A program made the position numbers and the translations under genes. Of a stretch of DNA of 64,000 bases, positions 47,444-55,211 are shown one piece after another (the first letter of the stretch is position 1; each line of letters starts with the position of its first letter). A model generated the notes under the pieces. The model worked only from the letters and a program-made list of their open reading frames with translations. It was not told the origin of the DNA and did not search any database. Origin of the DNA: a virus (lineage: Duplodnaviria; Heunggongvirae; Uroviricota; Caudoviricetes); the IMG/VR virus record IMGVR_UViG_3300031555_004037; one strand, written 5' to 3'.

Positions 47444-47668
47444 TGCGTGGTTATCCGAACAAATAAGAGCAACCATAAAGGCAAAAAGGCTCGATGTGTG
47501 GTTGACTGACCGAAAGTTATTACATAGAATTAAGACGTTGAGTGAGATGGAGGGCACACTGTAGGCAATAGTCCAAGCATTGACAGGACAATGACGGATT
47601 GATTAATAGGGATTCCTGATTAACTATTATATCAGCTGGAGAAGATTGGTTCGATTCCAATAAGCGTT
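47444..47668 (+). ncRNA. GC-enriched ~225-nt RNA ending in a T-arm
   Basis: ATTGG-TTCGATT-CCAAT; hairpins; ATAGTCC motif. Confidence 0.45.
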
Positions 47669-47679
47669 TTAAGATATAT

Positions 47680-47752
47680 TCTCCTATAGCTCATTTGGTA
47701 GAGCGACTGGCTGTTAACCAGTATGTAACAGGTTCGAGTCCTGTTGGGAGAG
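47680..47752 (+). tRNA. tRNA-Asn(GTT), second copy
   Basis: ACTGG-CT GTT AA-CCAGT. Confidence 0.93.
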
Positions 47753-47819
47753 CGAGGTTCAATATTGAAAGTTTAACTTTTTGAACTATAAAGTAATTTA
47801 ATAAAGGAGATTAAATAAT

Positions 47820-47864
47820 ATGAAACGATTTAGTATGGGTAAAGATGAATATGACTTTACCTAG
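47820..47864 (+). CDS. 14-aa small ORF MKRFSMGKDEYDFT
   Basis: AAGGAG SD; stop overlaps tRNA-Phe G1. Confidence 0.35.
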   Translation: MKRFSMGKDEYDFT

Positions 47865-47936
47865 CCTTGTAAGCTAACTCGGTAGAAGCGTCTGTTTGAA
47901 GCACAGAAGGAGTTGGTTCGACACCAACACAAGGCA
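47864..47936 (+). tRNA. tRNA-Phe(GAA)
   Basis: TCTGT-TT GAA GC-ACAGA. Confidence 0.85.
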
Positions 47937-47939
47937 CTA

Positions 47940-48036
47940 TGTATGTAGAATATTGTAAAAATAGACTATATTCATCTGTATACAATGAATGAAATTAAAA
48001 TTAGAAATGTCTATATAATAATTTAGGAAACATACA
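47940..48036 (+). ncRNA. Candidate structured spacer RNA
   Basis: TGTATGT/ACATACA, ATAGAC/GTCTAT, ATTCAT/ATGAAT nested helices. Confidence 0.45.
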
Positions 48037-48067
48037 GAACATTTATAGGTGTACAATATAAATGTTT

Positions 48068-48140
48068 CGGTAAGTAGTTTAATGGATAGAACGCCCCCAA
48101 ACATACGGGGGGAAATAGTGGTTCGATTCCACTCTTATCA
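48068..48140 (+). tRNA. Atypical tRNA: C1-A72, 8-nt anticodon loop AAACATAC
   Basis: CCCCC/GGGGG stem, normal D- and T-arms. Confidence 0.65.
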
Positions 48141-48166
48141 ATATTATAGAAAGGAAAATAAATAAT

Positions 48167-48697
48167 ATGTTATTATATGGTATTCAAATTTTTTCCTTTT
48201 TAGCAGTTATATTAGCATCAATATGTAAAGATAAGAAAAATATATTACTTTGGGTATTTATAGCAAATTTATCAAATTTTCTTGTATTATTAGTTGCAAA
48301 AGAATTAGACGGTTGGGTAGGAAGTTTAATAACTGTTTTTAGGTCATTATTATTCTTGAATAGAGATAAAATACATAAAAATGAGTTAGGACAATTTTTC
48401 AAAAAGACAAATTTCATTTTGATTTTTTGCATTATGTTACATATAATAGCATTTATATTATCTTATCAAGATATATTTAGTATATGTATATTATTTGCTA
48501 CTATAACAGTATGTATTACACAATGGTTTGGTAATCCTATTCAAATTAAAATAGGTGCAATAATTAGTCTTATATTATGGATAATTTATACATTACATAT
48601 TGAATTATATATGGATTTACCAAAAAGATTTGTTGAATTATTATTTTTAACTATATCACTTATAAGTTTAATAAAGAAACCAAAAGATATTAAATAG
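48167..48697 (+). CDS. Polytopic membrane protein (YgjV-like)
   Basis: About 6 hydrophobic helices. Confidence 0.6.
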   Translation: MLLYGIQIFSFLAVILASICKDKKNILLWVFIANLSNFLVLLVAKELDGWVGSLITVFRSLLFLNRDKIHKNELGQFFKKTNFILIFCIMLHIIAFILSYQDIFSICILFATITVCITQWFGNPIQIKIGAIISLILWIIYTLHIELYMDLPKRFVELLFLTISLISLIKKPKDIK

Positions 48698-48809
48698 GTT
48701 CGTTAGCAGCAGGCTATTAGATAGCAAGGTTATATCGAAATAGTAAACTGAAACTGTAAAAAGTAACTGATGGAGTAGCTTACCATTGGCAGGACTTACC
48801 TTTAAATAT

Positions 48810-48881
48810 GGGGATGTAACTCAATGGGAGAGTGTTTGGTTTGCAACCAAAAGGTTGAGGGTTCAAATCCCTTCATCTCCA
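48810..48881 (+). tRNA. tRNA-Ala(TGC)
   Basis: G3-U70, TTTGG-TT TGC AA-CCAAA. Confidence 0.93.
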
Positions 48882-49041
48882 TTTCCTTATTATATAGAAA
48901 CATATATAATAGTGTACAATGTTATATATGTAATATATGTGATTTGAAAATAGCGTTTTTAGATTACATATTGGTAGGTTCAAATCCTTGTAGAGTTAAT
49001 CATACTTGAAGCATTGGTTGCCTATATAATAAGTTATTATT

Positions 49042-49110
49042 GAGGGTGTGGTGTAATGGTAGCATACGGAATTTGGGATTCTGTGGAGCAGTTCGAGTCT
49101 GACATCTTCA
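49042..49110 (+). tRNA. tRNA-Pro(TGG), weak T-stem
   Basis: CGGAA-TT TGG GA-TTCTG. Confidence 0.75.
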
Positions 49111-49147
49111 ACTTATTTTTCTTATATTTTGTAACTCCTTTCGTGCA

Positions 49148-49200
49148 GATGCGTCCACATTATTGCATCGAGTATATCAAAAGTGGACATAGATATACTC
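49148..49200 (+). ncRNA. Kissing-hairpin RNA element
   Basis: GATGC/GCATC and GAGTATATC/GATATACTC stems; loops GTCCAC/GTGGAC complementary. Confidence 0.6.
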
Positions 49201-49207
49201 AAACTTT

Positions 49208-49280
49208 GCCCTTGAGGACGAACAGCAGAGTCGCCATCCTGTCACGGTGGAGATAGCGGGGTCAGCACCCGTCTGGGGCG
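49208..49280 (+). tRNA. tRNA-Asp(GTC), second copy with non-canonical T-loop GTCAGCA
   Basis: CCATC-CT GTC AC-GGTGG. Confidence 0.8.
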
Positions 49281-49283
49281 TTC

Positions 49284-49377
49284 AGATACTAATAAAGCAA
49301 AAGTACCCTATACCACTCTAATGTAGTATACGACAGAACAAGAGATAAAAGATGTATAGGCTAGAAAATTAGTATCT
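49284..49377 (+). ncRNA. Candidate structured spacer RNA
   Basis: AGATACTAAT/ATTAGTATCT closing, CCTATAC/GTATAGG. Confidence 0.45.
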
Positions 49378-49598
49378 AACGATTTATAATCGTTAAGCAA
49401 ATATGAAAAAATTTATATTAAATGTTTATTATATGTTTGACCATCTAATGACTATAATATGATTTTAATATGAATATTGTGGTTGATGAAGCCGTGTAGG
49501 AGAAGTGATGACCCTCCGAAGAAATGACATTAAAAGGACAATATAAATTGGATGTCTGCCATAAGTTATTTGCTATAAATAAGGGGGAATTAATAAAT

Positions 49599-50354
49599 AT
49601 GGAACAATCAAAAGAAATTGAGGCATTTAGTTGGGAATTTTTCAAAATTATATTTGACTATATTATGACTGATGACGAAATGTTAATTGTCCGTATTTTA
49701 TTGATTATTTTAGTTGGTGTATTAGTATATGCAACTATTAGAAATACTAGATATGCTATTGCATTTATAAAAAATATTATTAAGATTAATAAACCTATTG
49801 ATAAAACCGTTAAGAAAAATAAAATTATTCTTAAACTTTCTAATGGTAAAGTTTATAAAGATTTAGATAAAGATAGTCAAAAACAATTATTACAACAAGG
49901 TTTATTATTAACACTACCTATATCAACAGGTTTGATAATTGTATTATTATTTTTTCCACTTATTATGAAAGATTTAATTATGGGAATTGATATAATACAG
50001 TCAGTTATAAATTTTATTGGACTTATTGGTATGACAGTTTTAATATATGTATTTTGTAATCATTATCAAGATTGGTTTTTACATCAACTAATTACAAATA
50101 AATGTAAAATATCTATTGAAACTGTAACTTATATTAAAGAAGATTATTCTAAAGATTTATATATAAAAGTAAAAAATAGATATTATAAAAAAGCATACAT
50201 ACAATATATTGATACTGAAAATAATAGCAGTATTCCTACATTATATAGGTCTGTTGATAAAGAATTATTAGTAGGTTCAAAAGTATTTATTATTGAGTTG
50301 GTAAATGGAAAAAAGTATGCTTTAACATACAAACAACAAGCACCTATCGCCTAG
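49599..50354 (+). CDS. Membrane protein
   Basis: Three TM segments; start moved to SD-preceded ATG; 3' end overlaps tRNA. Confidence 0.65.
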   Translation: MEQSKEIEAFSWEFFKIIFDYIMTDDEMLIVRILLIILVGVLVYATIRNTRYAIAFIKNIIKINKPIDKTVKKNKIILKLSNGKVYKDLDKDSQKQLLQQGLLLTLPISTGLIIVLLFFPLIMKDLIMGIDIIQSVINFIGLIGMTVLIYVFCNHYQDWFLHQLITNKCKISIETVTYIKEDYSKDLYIKVKNRYYKKAYIQYIDTENNSSIPTLYRSVDKELLVGSKVFIIELVNGKKYALTYKQQAPIA

Positions 50355-50421
50355 TGGTATGGCACACGACTTTTAATCGTGCGAGTTATTCTCATCGTAG
50401 GTTCGAGTCCTACTAGGTGCA
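50340..50421 (+). tRNA. Atypical tRNA: TTT anticodon on a long-variable-arm body
   Basis: CACGA-CT TTT AA-TCGTG; 15-nt variable region GAG/CTC; A73. Confidence 0.8.
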
Positions 50422-50442
50422 TTAAATTTTTTAAAAAAATTG

Positions 50443-50471
50443 TTTACAAAATTATAATTATTTGATAAAAT
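50443..50471 (+). promoter_or_regulatory. SigA-type promoter
   Basis: TTTACA-N17-TAAAAT, TG extension. Confidence 0.7.
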
Positions 50472-50504
50472 AAACATACAAAGTTAGAAAGGTAAGATAT
50501 AAAT

Positions 50505-50939
50505 ATGGAACAGAAGTTAAGAAATGCAATTAAGTCTGCTATGAAATTAAAGTCTGAAAATGGAACTAATGAAAATGTTGCTATTTATCAGACAAGAAAG
50601 AACATTCTCGAACAGGCACAAAAGATTGCAAAGGAAAAGAAAATAGAAATAACAGACTCTCTAATTTATGAATCTGCAAAGAAGGAAATTAAGCAGTTAA
50701 ATGACTTAATGGCATTTTGTACTGATAAACCTGAAAAGCAGAATATTATAAATATTAGTATAAATGAGGCAAATAATTGGCTACCGTCAATGACATCAGA
50801 AGACGATATTAAAACATTTGTTGAAACTCATAAGAGTGATGCAAATAATATTGGTGCAATGATGAAACTATTAAAGTCTGAATTTGGAGATAGTTTAGAC
50901 GGAAAATTAGCAAGTCAGATTGTTAAGTCACTTTTATAA
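50505..50939 (+). CDS. GatB/YqeY-domain protein
   Basis: L..AIK.AMK, WLPSMTSEDDI, IGAMMK, DGKLASQIVK. Confidence 0.8.
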   Translation: MEQKLRNAIKSAMKLKSENGTNENVAIYQTRKNILEQAQKIAKEKKIEITDSLIYESAKKEIKQLNDLMAFCTDKPEKQNIINISINEANNWLPSMTSEDDIKTFVETHKSDANNIGAMMKLLKSEFGDSLDGKLASQIVKSLL

Positions 50940-50956
50940 TATATTATGTGTGTTTA

Positions 50957-50990
50957 AATAGAGAGTATATTAAAAATACTCTCTATTTTT
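50957..50990 (+). terminator. Intrinsic terminator
   Basis: AATAGAGAGTAT/ATACTCTCTATT + T tract. Confidence 0.7.
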
Positions 50991-50994
50991 ATTT

Positions 50995-51066
50995 GTCCGT
51001 ATGGTGTAATGGCTAACATACTTGACTTCCAATCAAGTGCTGCGAGTTCGATTCTCGTTACGGGCT
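50995..51066 (+). tRNA. tRNA-Gly(TCC)
   Basis: CTTGA-CT TCC AA-TCAAG, U73. Confidence 0.93.
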
Positions 51067-51069
51067 TAT

Positions 51070-51218
51070 GGCTCATTTTCTCAATATATGTAATTGAAGC
51101 TAGAATAGATTATGTATGTTAAATAGGAACGAGATGGTAAATATTGAAAACTTATAGTTGTCTAGCCAACTATGACAGAGTATATATTTATTTGGTGGTT
51201 CAAATCCACAATGAGTCG
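51070..51218 (+). ncRNA. Expanded tRNA-like RNA with internal pseudoknot
   Basis: GGCTCAT/ATGAGTC acceptor, T-arm, GCTAGA pairs with loop TCTAGC. Confidence 0.65.
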
Positions 51219-51225
51219 CTTATAT

Positions 51226-51299
51226 GCCCTTATGATGGAACTGGAATACATACTAGATTTAGAATCTAGGTTTTGTGGGTTCGACCCCCACTAGGGGTA
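51226..51299 (+). tRNA. tRNA-Leu(TAG) with short variable loop
   Basis: CTAGA-TT TAG AA-TCTAG; Leu-type D-loop. Confidence 0.85.
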
Positions 51300-51318
51300 C
51301 TAAAAGGGGGAAATTATT

Positions 51319-52008
51319 ATGATTTTTATAACAGGAGATACACATAGAGATTTTAATAGGATATTTGATTTTAATGAAAGATTTGGTCTAACAGAAGATG
51401 ATATAATGATTATATTAGGAGATGTTGGAATAAATTATTTTGGAGATAAAAGAGATATTAAATTTAAAGAAATGCTTATATCTAAATTAAAATGTACCAT
51501 ATTTGCTATTCACGGTAATCACGAAATGAATCCAGAGAATATGAATATGCAAGAAAAAGTATGGAATAATGGAACTGTTTATTATGAAGAAGAATTTCCA
51601 ACTATTATATATGCAAAAGACGGAGAAATTTATAATCTAAATGGAAAAGAAACATTAGTATTAGGTGGTGCTTATTCTGTTGATAAATATTATAGATTAT
51701 CTCACGGACTTAAATGGTTTGAAGATGAACAAATATCAAATTCTGTAAAAGATAGGTGTATTGCTAATATAGAAAATAATAATTGGAAAGTGGATATTGT
51801 ATTATCACATACAGTACCATATAATTATAGACCTATTGATTTATTTTTAAGTTTTATTGACCAATTTACAGTTGACAATACAATGGAAAATTGGTTACAG
51901 TATATTGAAGATAATTTAACTTATGAAAAATGGTATTGTGGACATTATCATTGTGATAGAGTAGTAGATAAAATTGAAATGATGTTTGATACAATAAAAG
52001 AATTATAA
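51319..52008 (+). CDS. Calcineurin-like metallophosphoesterase
   Basis: GDTH, LGDVG, HGNHE, SHT, CGHYH. Confidence 0.88.
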   Translation: MIFITGDTHRDFNRIFDFNERFGLTEDDIMIILGDVGINYFGDKRDIKFKEMLISKLKCTIFAIHGNHEMNPENMNMQEKVWNNGTVYYEEEFPTIIYAKDGEIYNLNGKETLVLGGAYSVDKYYRLSHGLKWFEDEQISNSVKDRCIANIENNNWKVDIVLSHTVPYNYRPIDLFLSFIDQFTVDNTMENWLQYIEDNLTYEKWYCGHYHCDRVVDKIEMMFDTIKEL

Positions 52009-52074
52009 TTTATGCTAGTTTATGGCTAACTAGGATAAAAAAAGCCAAATTAAAAATTAGGGGAGTACAATGAA

Positions 52075-52551
52075 ATGGAATTTTTAATTCTAGGTCTTAT
52101 AAAAATATTAGATAATATAATATCAACTGCAAAGACCATTACTACATATCAAAATAAGAAAATTATGACTTCATTACTTGTAATAATAAGTCAGTTAATG
52201 TTTTATTATTTAATTGCGTCAGTAGTAGAGAAAAATGATACTATTACAACTTTAATGGTTTGTATTTGTTCAGGTATTGGAACATATATAGCAATGCTTA
52301 TCAATGATAAAACTAAAAGAGATATAACATATACAAATATTCTTACTTGTAGTAGAACAGAAAGTGTAGAAGATTTATGTGATTATCTTTTAGAACATAA
52401 AATTAAATATATTGCATTAGATAGTTATAATAGAAAAAAGGAAGATACACTTACAGTATTAGCCTTTGCACAGACTAAATATGAAAGTAGTTTAATTGAC
52501 CAATTTTTAGAAACATCTAATGTTAAATATTTAAGACAGATTATTAGATAA
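52075..52551 (+). CDS. Membrane protein (DUF5698/DUF2179-like)
   Basis: Three TM segments, GIGTYIAM. Confidence 0.6.
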   Translation: MEFLILGLIKILDNIISTAKTITTYQNKKIMTSLLVIISQLMFYYLIASVVEKNDTITTLMVCICSGIGTYIAMLINDKTKRDITYTNILTCSRTESVEDLCDYLLEHKIKYIALDSYNRKKEDTLTVLAFAQTKYESSLIDQFLETSNVKYLRQIIR

Positions 52552-52564
52552 GGGAGAATAAAAA

Positions 52565-52786
52565 ATGGAACTTATATTTAATAACAAAGATAATTTGGTA
52601 ACTAAAAATGATAGTGTTATAATTATGCAAGAACTTGATGGTCGTGATAGAGTTATATCTCACGGAATTGTGTCTTATATAGAGAATGACAAGGCTATTA
52701 TATATGTAGATAATGACGATTTTGTATCATTCTTTCCTTTTTATATTGTTAAGACATCAGAAATGATTAAGGTTTCTAACTTATAA
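52565..52786 (+). CDS. Hypothetical protein
   Basis: ORF, SD. Confidence 0.55.
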   Translation: MELIFNNKDNLVTKNDSVIIMQELDGRDRVISHGIVSYIENDKAIIYVDNDDFVSFFPFYIVKTSEMIKVSNL

Positions 52787-52789
52787 TAT

Positions 52790-52863
52790 TGGGTAGTAGT
52801 TCAGTTTGGTAGAACGCTAGTTTTGGGCACTAGAGGTCGCAGGTTCAAGTCCTGTCTATCCAA
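52790..52863 (+). tRNA. tRNA-Pro(TGG), second copy
   Basis: CTAGT-TT TGG GC-ACTAG. Confidence 0.92.
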
Positions 52864-52870
52864 CTTATAT

Positions 52871-52942
52871 AGCAGTATCGCCAAGTGGTAAGGCAACATC
52901 TTCATACGGTGTCCATCATCGGTTCAAATCCGATTACTGCTA
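52871..52942 (+). tRNA. tRNA-Met(CAT)
   Basis: ACATC-TT CAT AC-GGTGT. Confidence 0.82.
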
Positions 52943-52946
52943 TTAT

Positions 52947-53019
52947 ATTCCCATAGGCTAATGGATTAGACCTTTCGGCTACGAACCGAAAAATGCAAGT
53001 TCGACTCTTGCTGGGAATA
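52947..53019 (+). tRNA. tRNA-Arg(ACG)
   Basis: TTCGG-CT ACG AA-CCGAA. Confidence 0.92.
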
Positions 53020-53030
53020 CTAACGAAACA

Positions 53031-53043
53031 CTATTTAATTATA
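53031..53043 (+). promoter_or_regulatory. CTATTTAATTATA motif
   Basis: Exact copy after tRNA-Arg. Confidence 0.6.
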
Positions 53044-53127
53044 ATGTATCGTATACAAAAATTTAAAATATTAGTATAATAAATACATTGACAACTAAAT
53101 ATTGAAAATAAGGAAAAAGGGGTTTAA

Positions 53128-53457
53128 GTGAATATGGAAATTGTATCGACTTTTTTAGTAAAACATCCAAAAAAATTTCTATCAAAGAAATCTACTATTC
53201 AAGTATCTATTACAAAAGAAGATATTATATATTATTTTGAACACATTGCTACACCTTATGATTTGAAATATATTTATCAAAATAGAAATGATGATAATAA
53301 TTTAAAAAATTGTTTACAAAAAATTATAATAAGTAATACAAAATTCAATGAACTTAAATCTTTAAAAATATTAGAATTAATAGTTGACGAAAGTAATTTA
53401 GGGAAATTTGAAATAATTATTAAAGATATTGCTAATAAAAAAGGTTTAATTTATTAA
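53128..53457 (+). CDS. Hypothetical protein
   Basis: ORF. Confidence 0.5.
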   Translation: MNMEIVSTFLVKHPKKFLSKKSTIQVSITKEDIIYYFEHIATPYDLKYIYQNRNDDNNLKNCLQKIIISNTKFNELKSLKILELIVDESNLGKFEIIIKDIANKKGLIY

Positions 53458-53511
53458 AATCTTCTTATTAACTTTATTATACGGACATCATTTAGAAAGG
53501 AGAGAATAATA

Positions 53512-53706
53512 ATGGCAAACAATTATATTATCAAAACTTCTGATAATGAATCGTTTTGTGGTTGGAACTCATTAGGACAAATTGTTATGAATGGTGCTGA
53601 TAGAGATTTCTTAACCTATTCAATGTCAAGAACATTAGCAGAACGAACAATTCCTAAAATTGAAGCATTTACAGGAAAGAAATGTGTTGTTGTAAAAGTT
53701 TCATAA
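53512..53706 (+). CDS. Hypothetical protein
   Basis: ORF, strong SD. Confidence 0.6.
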   Translation: MANNYIIKTSDNESFCGWNSLGQIVMNGADRDFLTYSMSRTLAERTIPKIEAFTGKKCVVVKVS

Positions 53707-53732
53707 CTTGTGGATTATTTCCACATAAATAC

Positions 53733-53806
53733 ACTACCCTAGTTCAGTTGGTTAGAACATTCGTCTGATAAGCGAAAGGTCTTGAGTTCGATTCTCAAGG
53801 GTAGTA
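53733..53806 (+). tRNA. tRNA-Ile(GAT)
   Basis: TTCGT-CT GAT AA-GCGAA. Confidence 0.93.
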
Positions 53807-53822
53807 TTTATAGGTTAGATAT

Positions 53823-54023
53823 TTGGGGGTATTTTTTATGAGTATGACTGCAAATCGTAAAAAGGTTTATAAACGCTCTTGGTTTAATAGAGAAATTAAA
53901 ATTGATATGAGAAATCGTAGAAAAGAGTACAATCGTAAAGTGCGTTATGCTAAAATTACCGAAAATTCTAGTCCTAAAGAATACAAACAGTTAATGAAAC
54001 TGTGTTGGAATACAATGTCTTAA
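53823..54023 (+). CDS. Small basic protein
   Basis: Arg/Lys-rich ORF; probable start 53838. Confidence 0.55.
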   Translation: MGVFFMSMTANRKKVYKRSWFNREIKIDMRNRRKEYNRKVRYAKITENSSPKEYKQLMKLCWNTMS

Positions 54024-54035
54024 TTTTTGATTTAT

Positions 54036-54188
54036 AAATTGAGTGGAGTTCAGTTTAACATAAGAACCAAGAACGCAACAGCTAGAAAACTTAAATATCA
54101 ATGAAAGTTATGTTATATGACAAGATGACTTGCAAGAAACATTTGTAACGAACAGTACATAATGAGTAGCAGATTGATGGCTCAATTT
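54036..54188 (+). ncRNA. Candidate structured spacer RNA
   Basis: AAATTGAGT/GCTCAATTT closing, AACATAA/TTATGTT. Confidence 0.4.
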
Positions 54189-54197
54189 ATAATATAT

Positions 54198-54270
54198 GCC
54201 GATTTAACTCATCTGGGAGAGTGCCAACCTTACAAGTTGGAAGTGATAGGTTCAAGTCCTATAATCGGTA
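54198..54270 (+). tRNA. tRNA-Val(TAC)
   Basis: CCAAC-CT TAC AA-GTTGG. Confidence 0.93.
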
Positions 54271-54272
54271 CT

Positions 54273-54367
54273 ACCGAAATGATGGGGAATTGGAATACCC
54301 AAGAAGAAACTTTATTAGTTTTGGACGCACTTATATGTGTATGTAGGTTCAAGTCCTACTTTCGGTA
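54273..54367 (+). tRNA. Atypical Leu-type tRNA body with TAT-centred loop and extra linker
   Basis: ACCGAAA/TTTCGGT, GGG/CCC D-stem, GAAAC-TTTATTA-GTTTT, variable arm. Confidence 0.55.
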
Positions 54368-54368
54368 C

Positions 54369-54741
54369 TAGCGGGGAAAGTATGACTCGCTCTATAAAAA
54401 ATCAAACATCCTTTAAGGGTACTTGCCACTTAAAGTGAGTCCTAAAGCCCACGATACTAATGGACTATGCGTGAATGTCTTATTTCTATATTAGAAATAT
54501 TGCTAAAAAGTATCTGAAACGCTAGGCATCCAGTTGAGAGGATAAAAACCAACAAGTTCGGTTAAAAGGGAAAACACAACCATTAGATTGCCCTATACAC
54601 CACTTATACAAAGGTCGTTGTATTAAAATAAAAGACAACTTTAGAGTCATTTATCTTTAAACCAAGAAAAGTGTGAGAGAATAATTCTCAAGGATAGGTG
54701 TGTATTGGTTGCGATAAACCAATGGTTTAAAATTATCGCAA
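54369..54741 (+). ncRNA. Candidate ~370-nt structured RNA
   Basis: Long-range ATGACTC/GAGTCAT and TATACACC/GGTGTGTA, several hairpins, no plus-strand ORF. Confidence 0.55.
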
Positions 54742-54766
54742 ATTAAATAAGAAAGGTTGTATGAAT

Positions 54767-54937
54767 ATGGATAAAAACACTTGTTATAATTGTTGTTATT
54801 TTGATTTACAAGATAATCACAAAACACAAGATGAGAAACACCCAAATTCAATACAATGGAGTCATATTTGTACAGAAAAATATATTGAAAAATATGCAAG
54901 TGATAAGGCTTGTATAAAACATTTTATATCTAAATAG
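54767..54937 (+). CDS. Small Cys-containing protein
   Basis: Manual ORF MDKNTCYNCC, SD. Confidence 0.5.
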   Translation: MDKNTCYNCCYFDLQDNHKTQDEKHPNSIQWSHICTEKYIEKYASDKACIKHFISK

Positions 54938-54953
54938 GGGAGTGTAAATTAAA

Positions 54954-55184
54954 ATGACAGTAGAACAAGCAGTAAAGAAATATAAATTAGAGCCTTTAAA
55001 TGTTTATACAGCAAAAGCAAAGGCAAAAGAATTAAATGTTGATGAAGTTTTATATATGAATGTACAAAAGAATAAATATGCTTATGTTATTAAAAATGGT
55101 TCACAACATTTTCTCTATTCAGATGAAAAGAGTTTATATACTAAAATGTATAAAGGTTTAAAAATAGAACCATTACAATCTTAA
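54954..55184 (+). CDS. Hypothetical protein
   Basis: ORF, SD. Confidence 0.55.
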   Translation: MTVEQAVKKYKLEPLNVYTAKAKAKELNVDEVLYMNVQKNKYAYVIKNGSQHFLYSDEKSLYTKMYKGLKIEPLQS

Positions 55185-55211
55185 AAACTAAATAATTGGA
55201 GGGAATTTATT

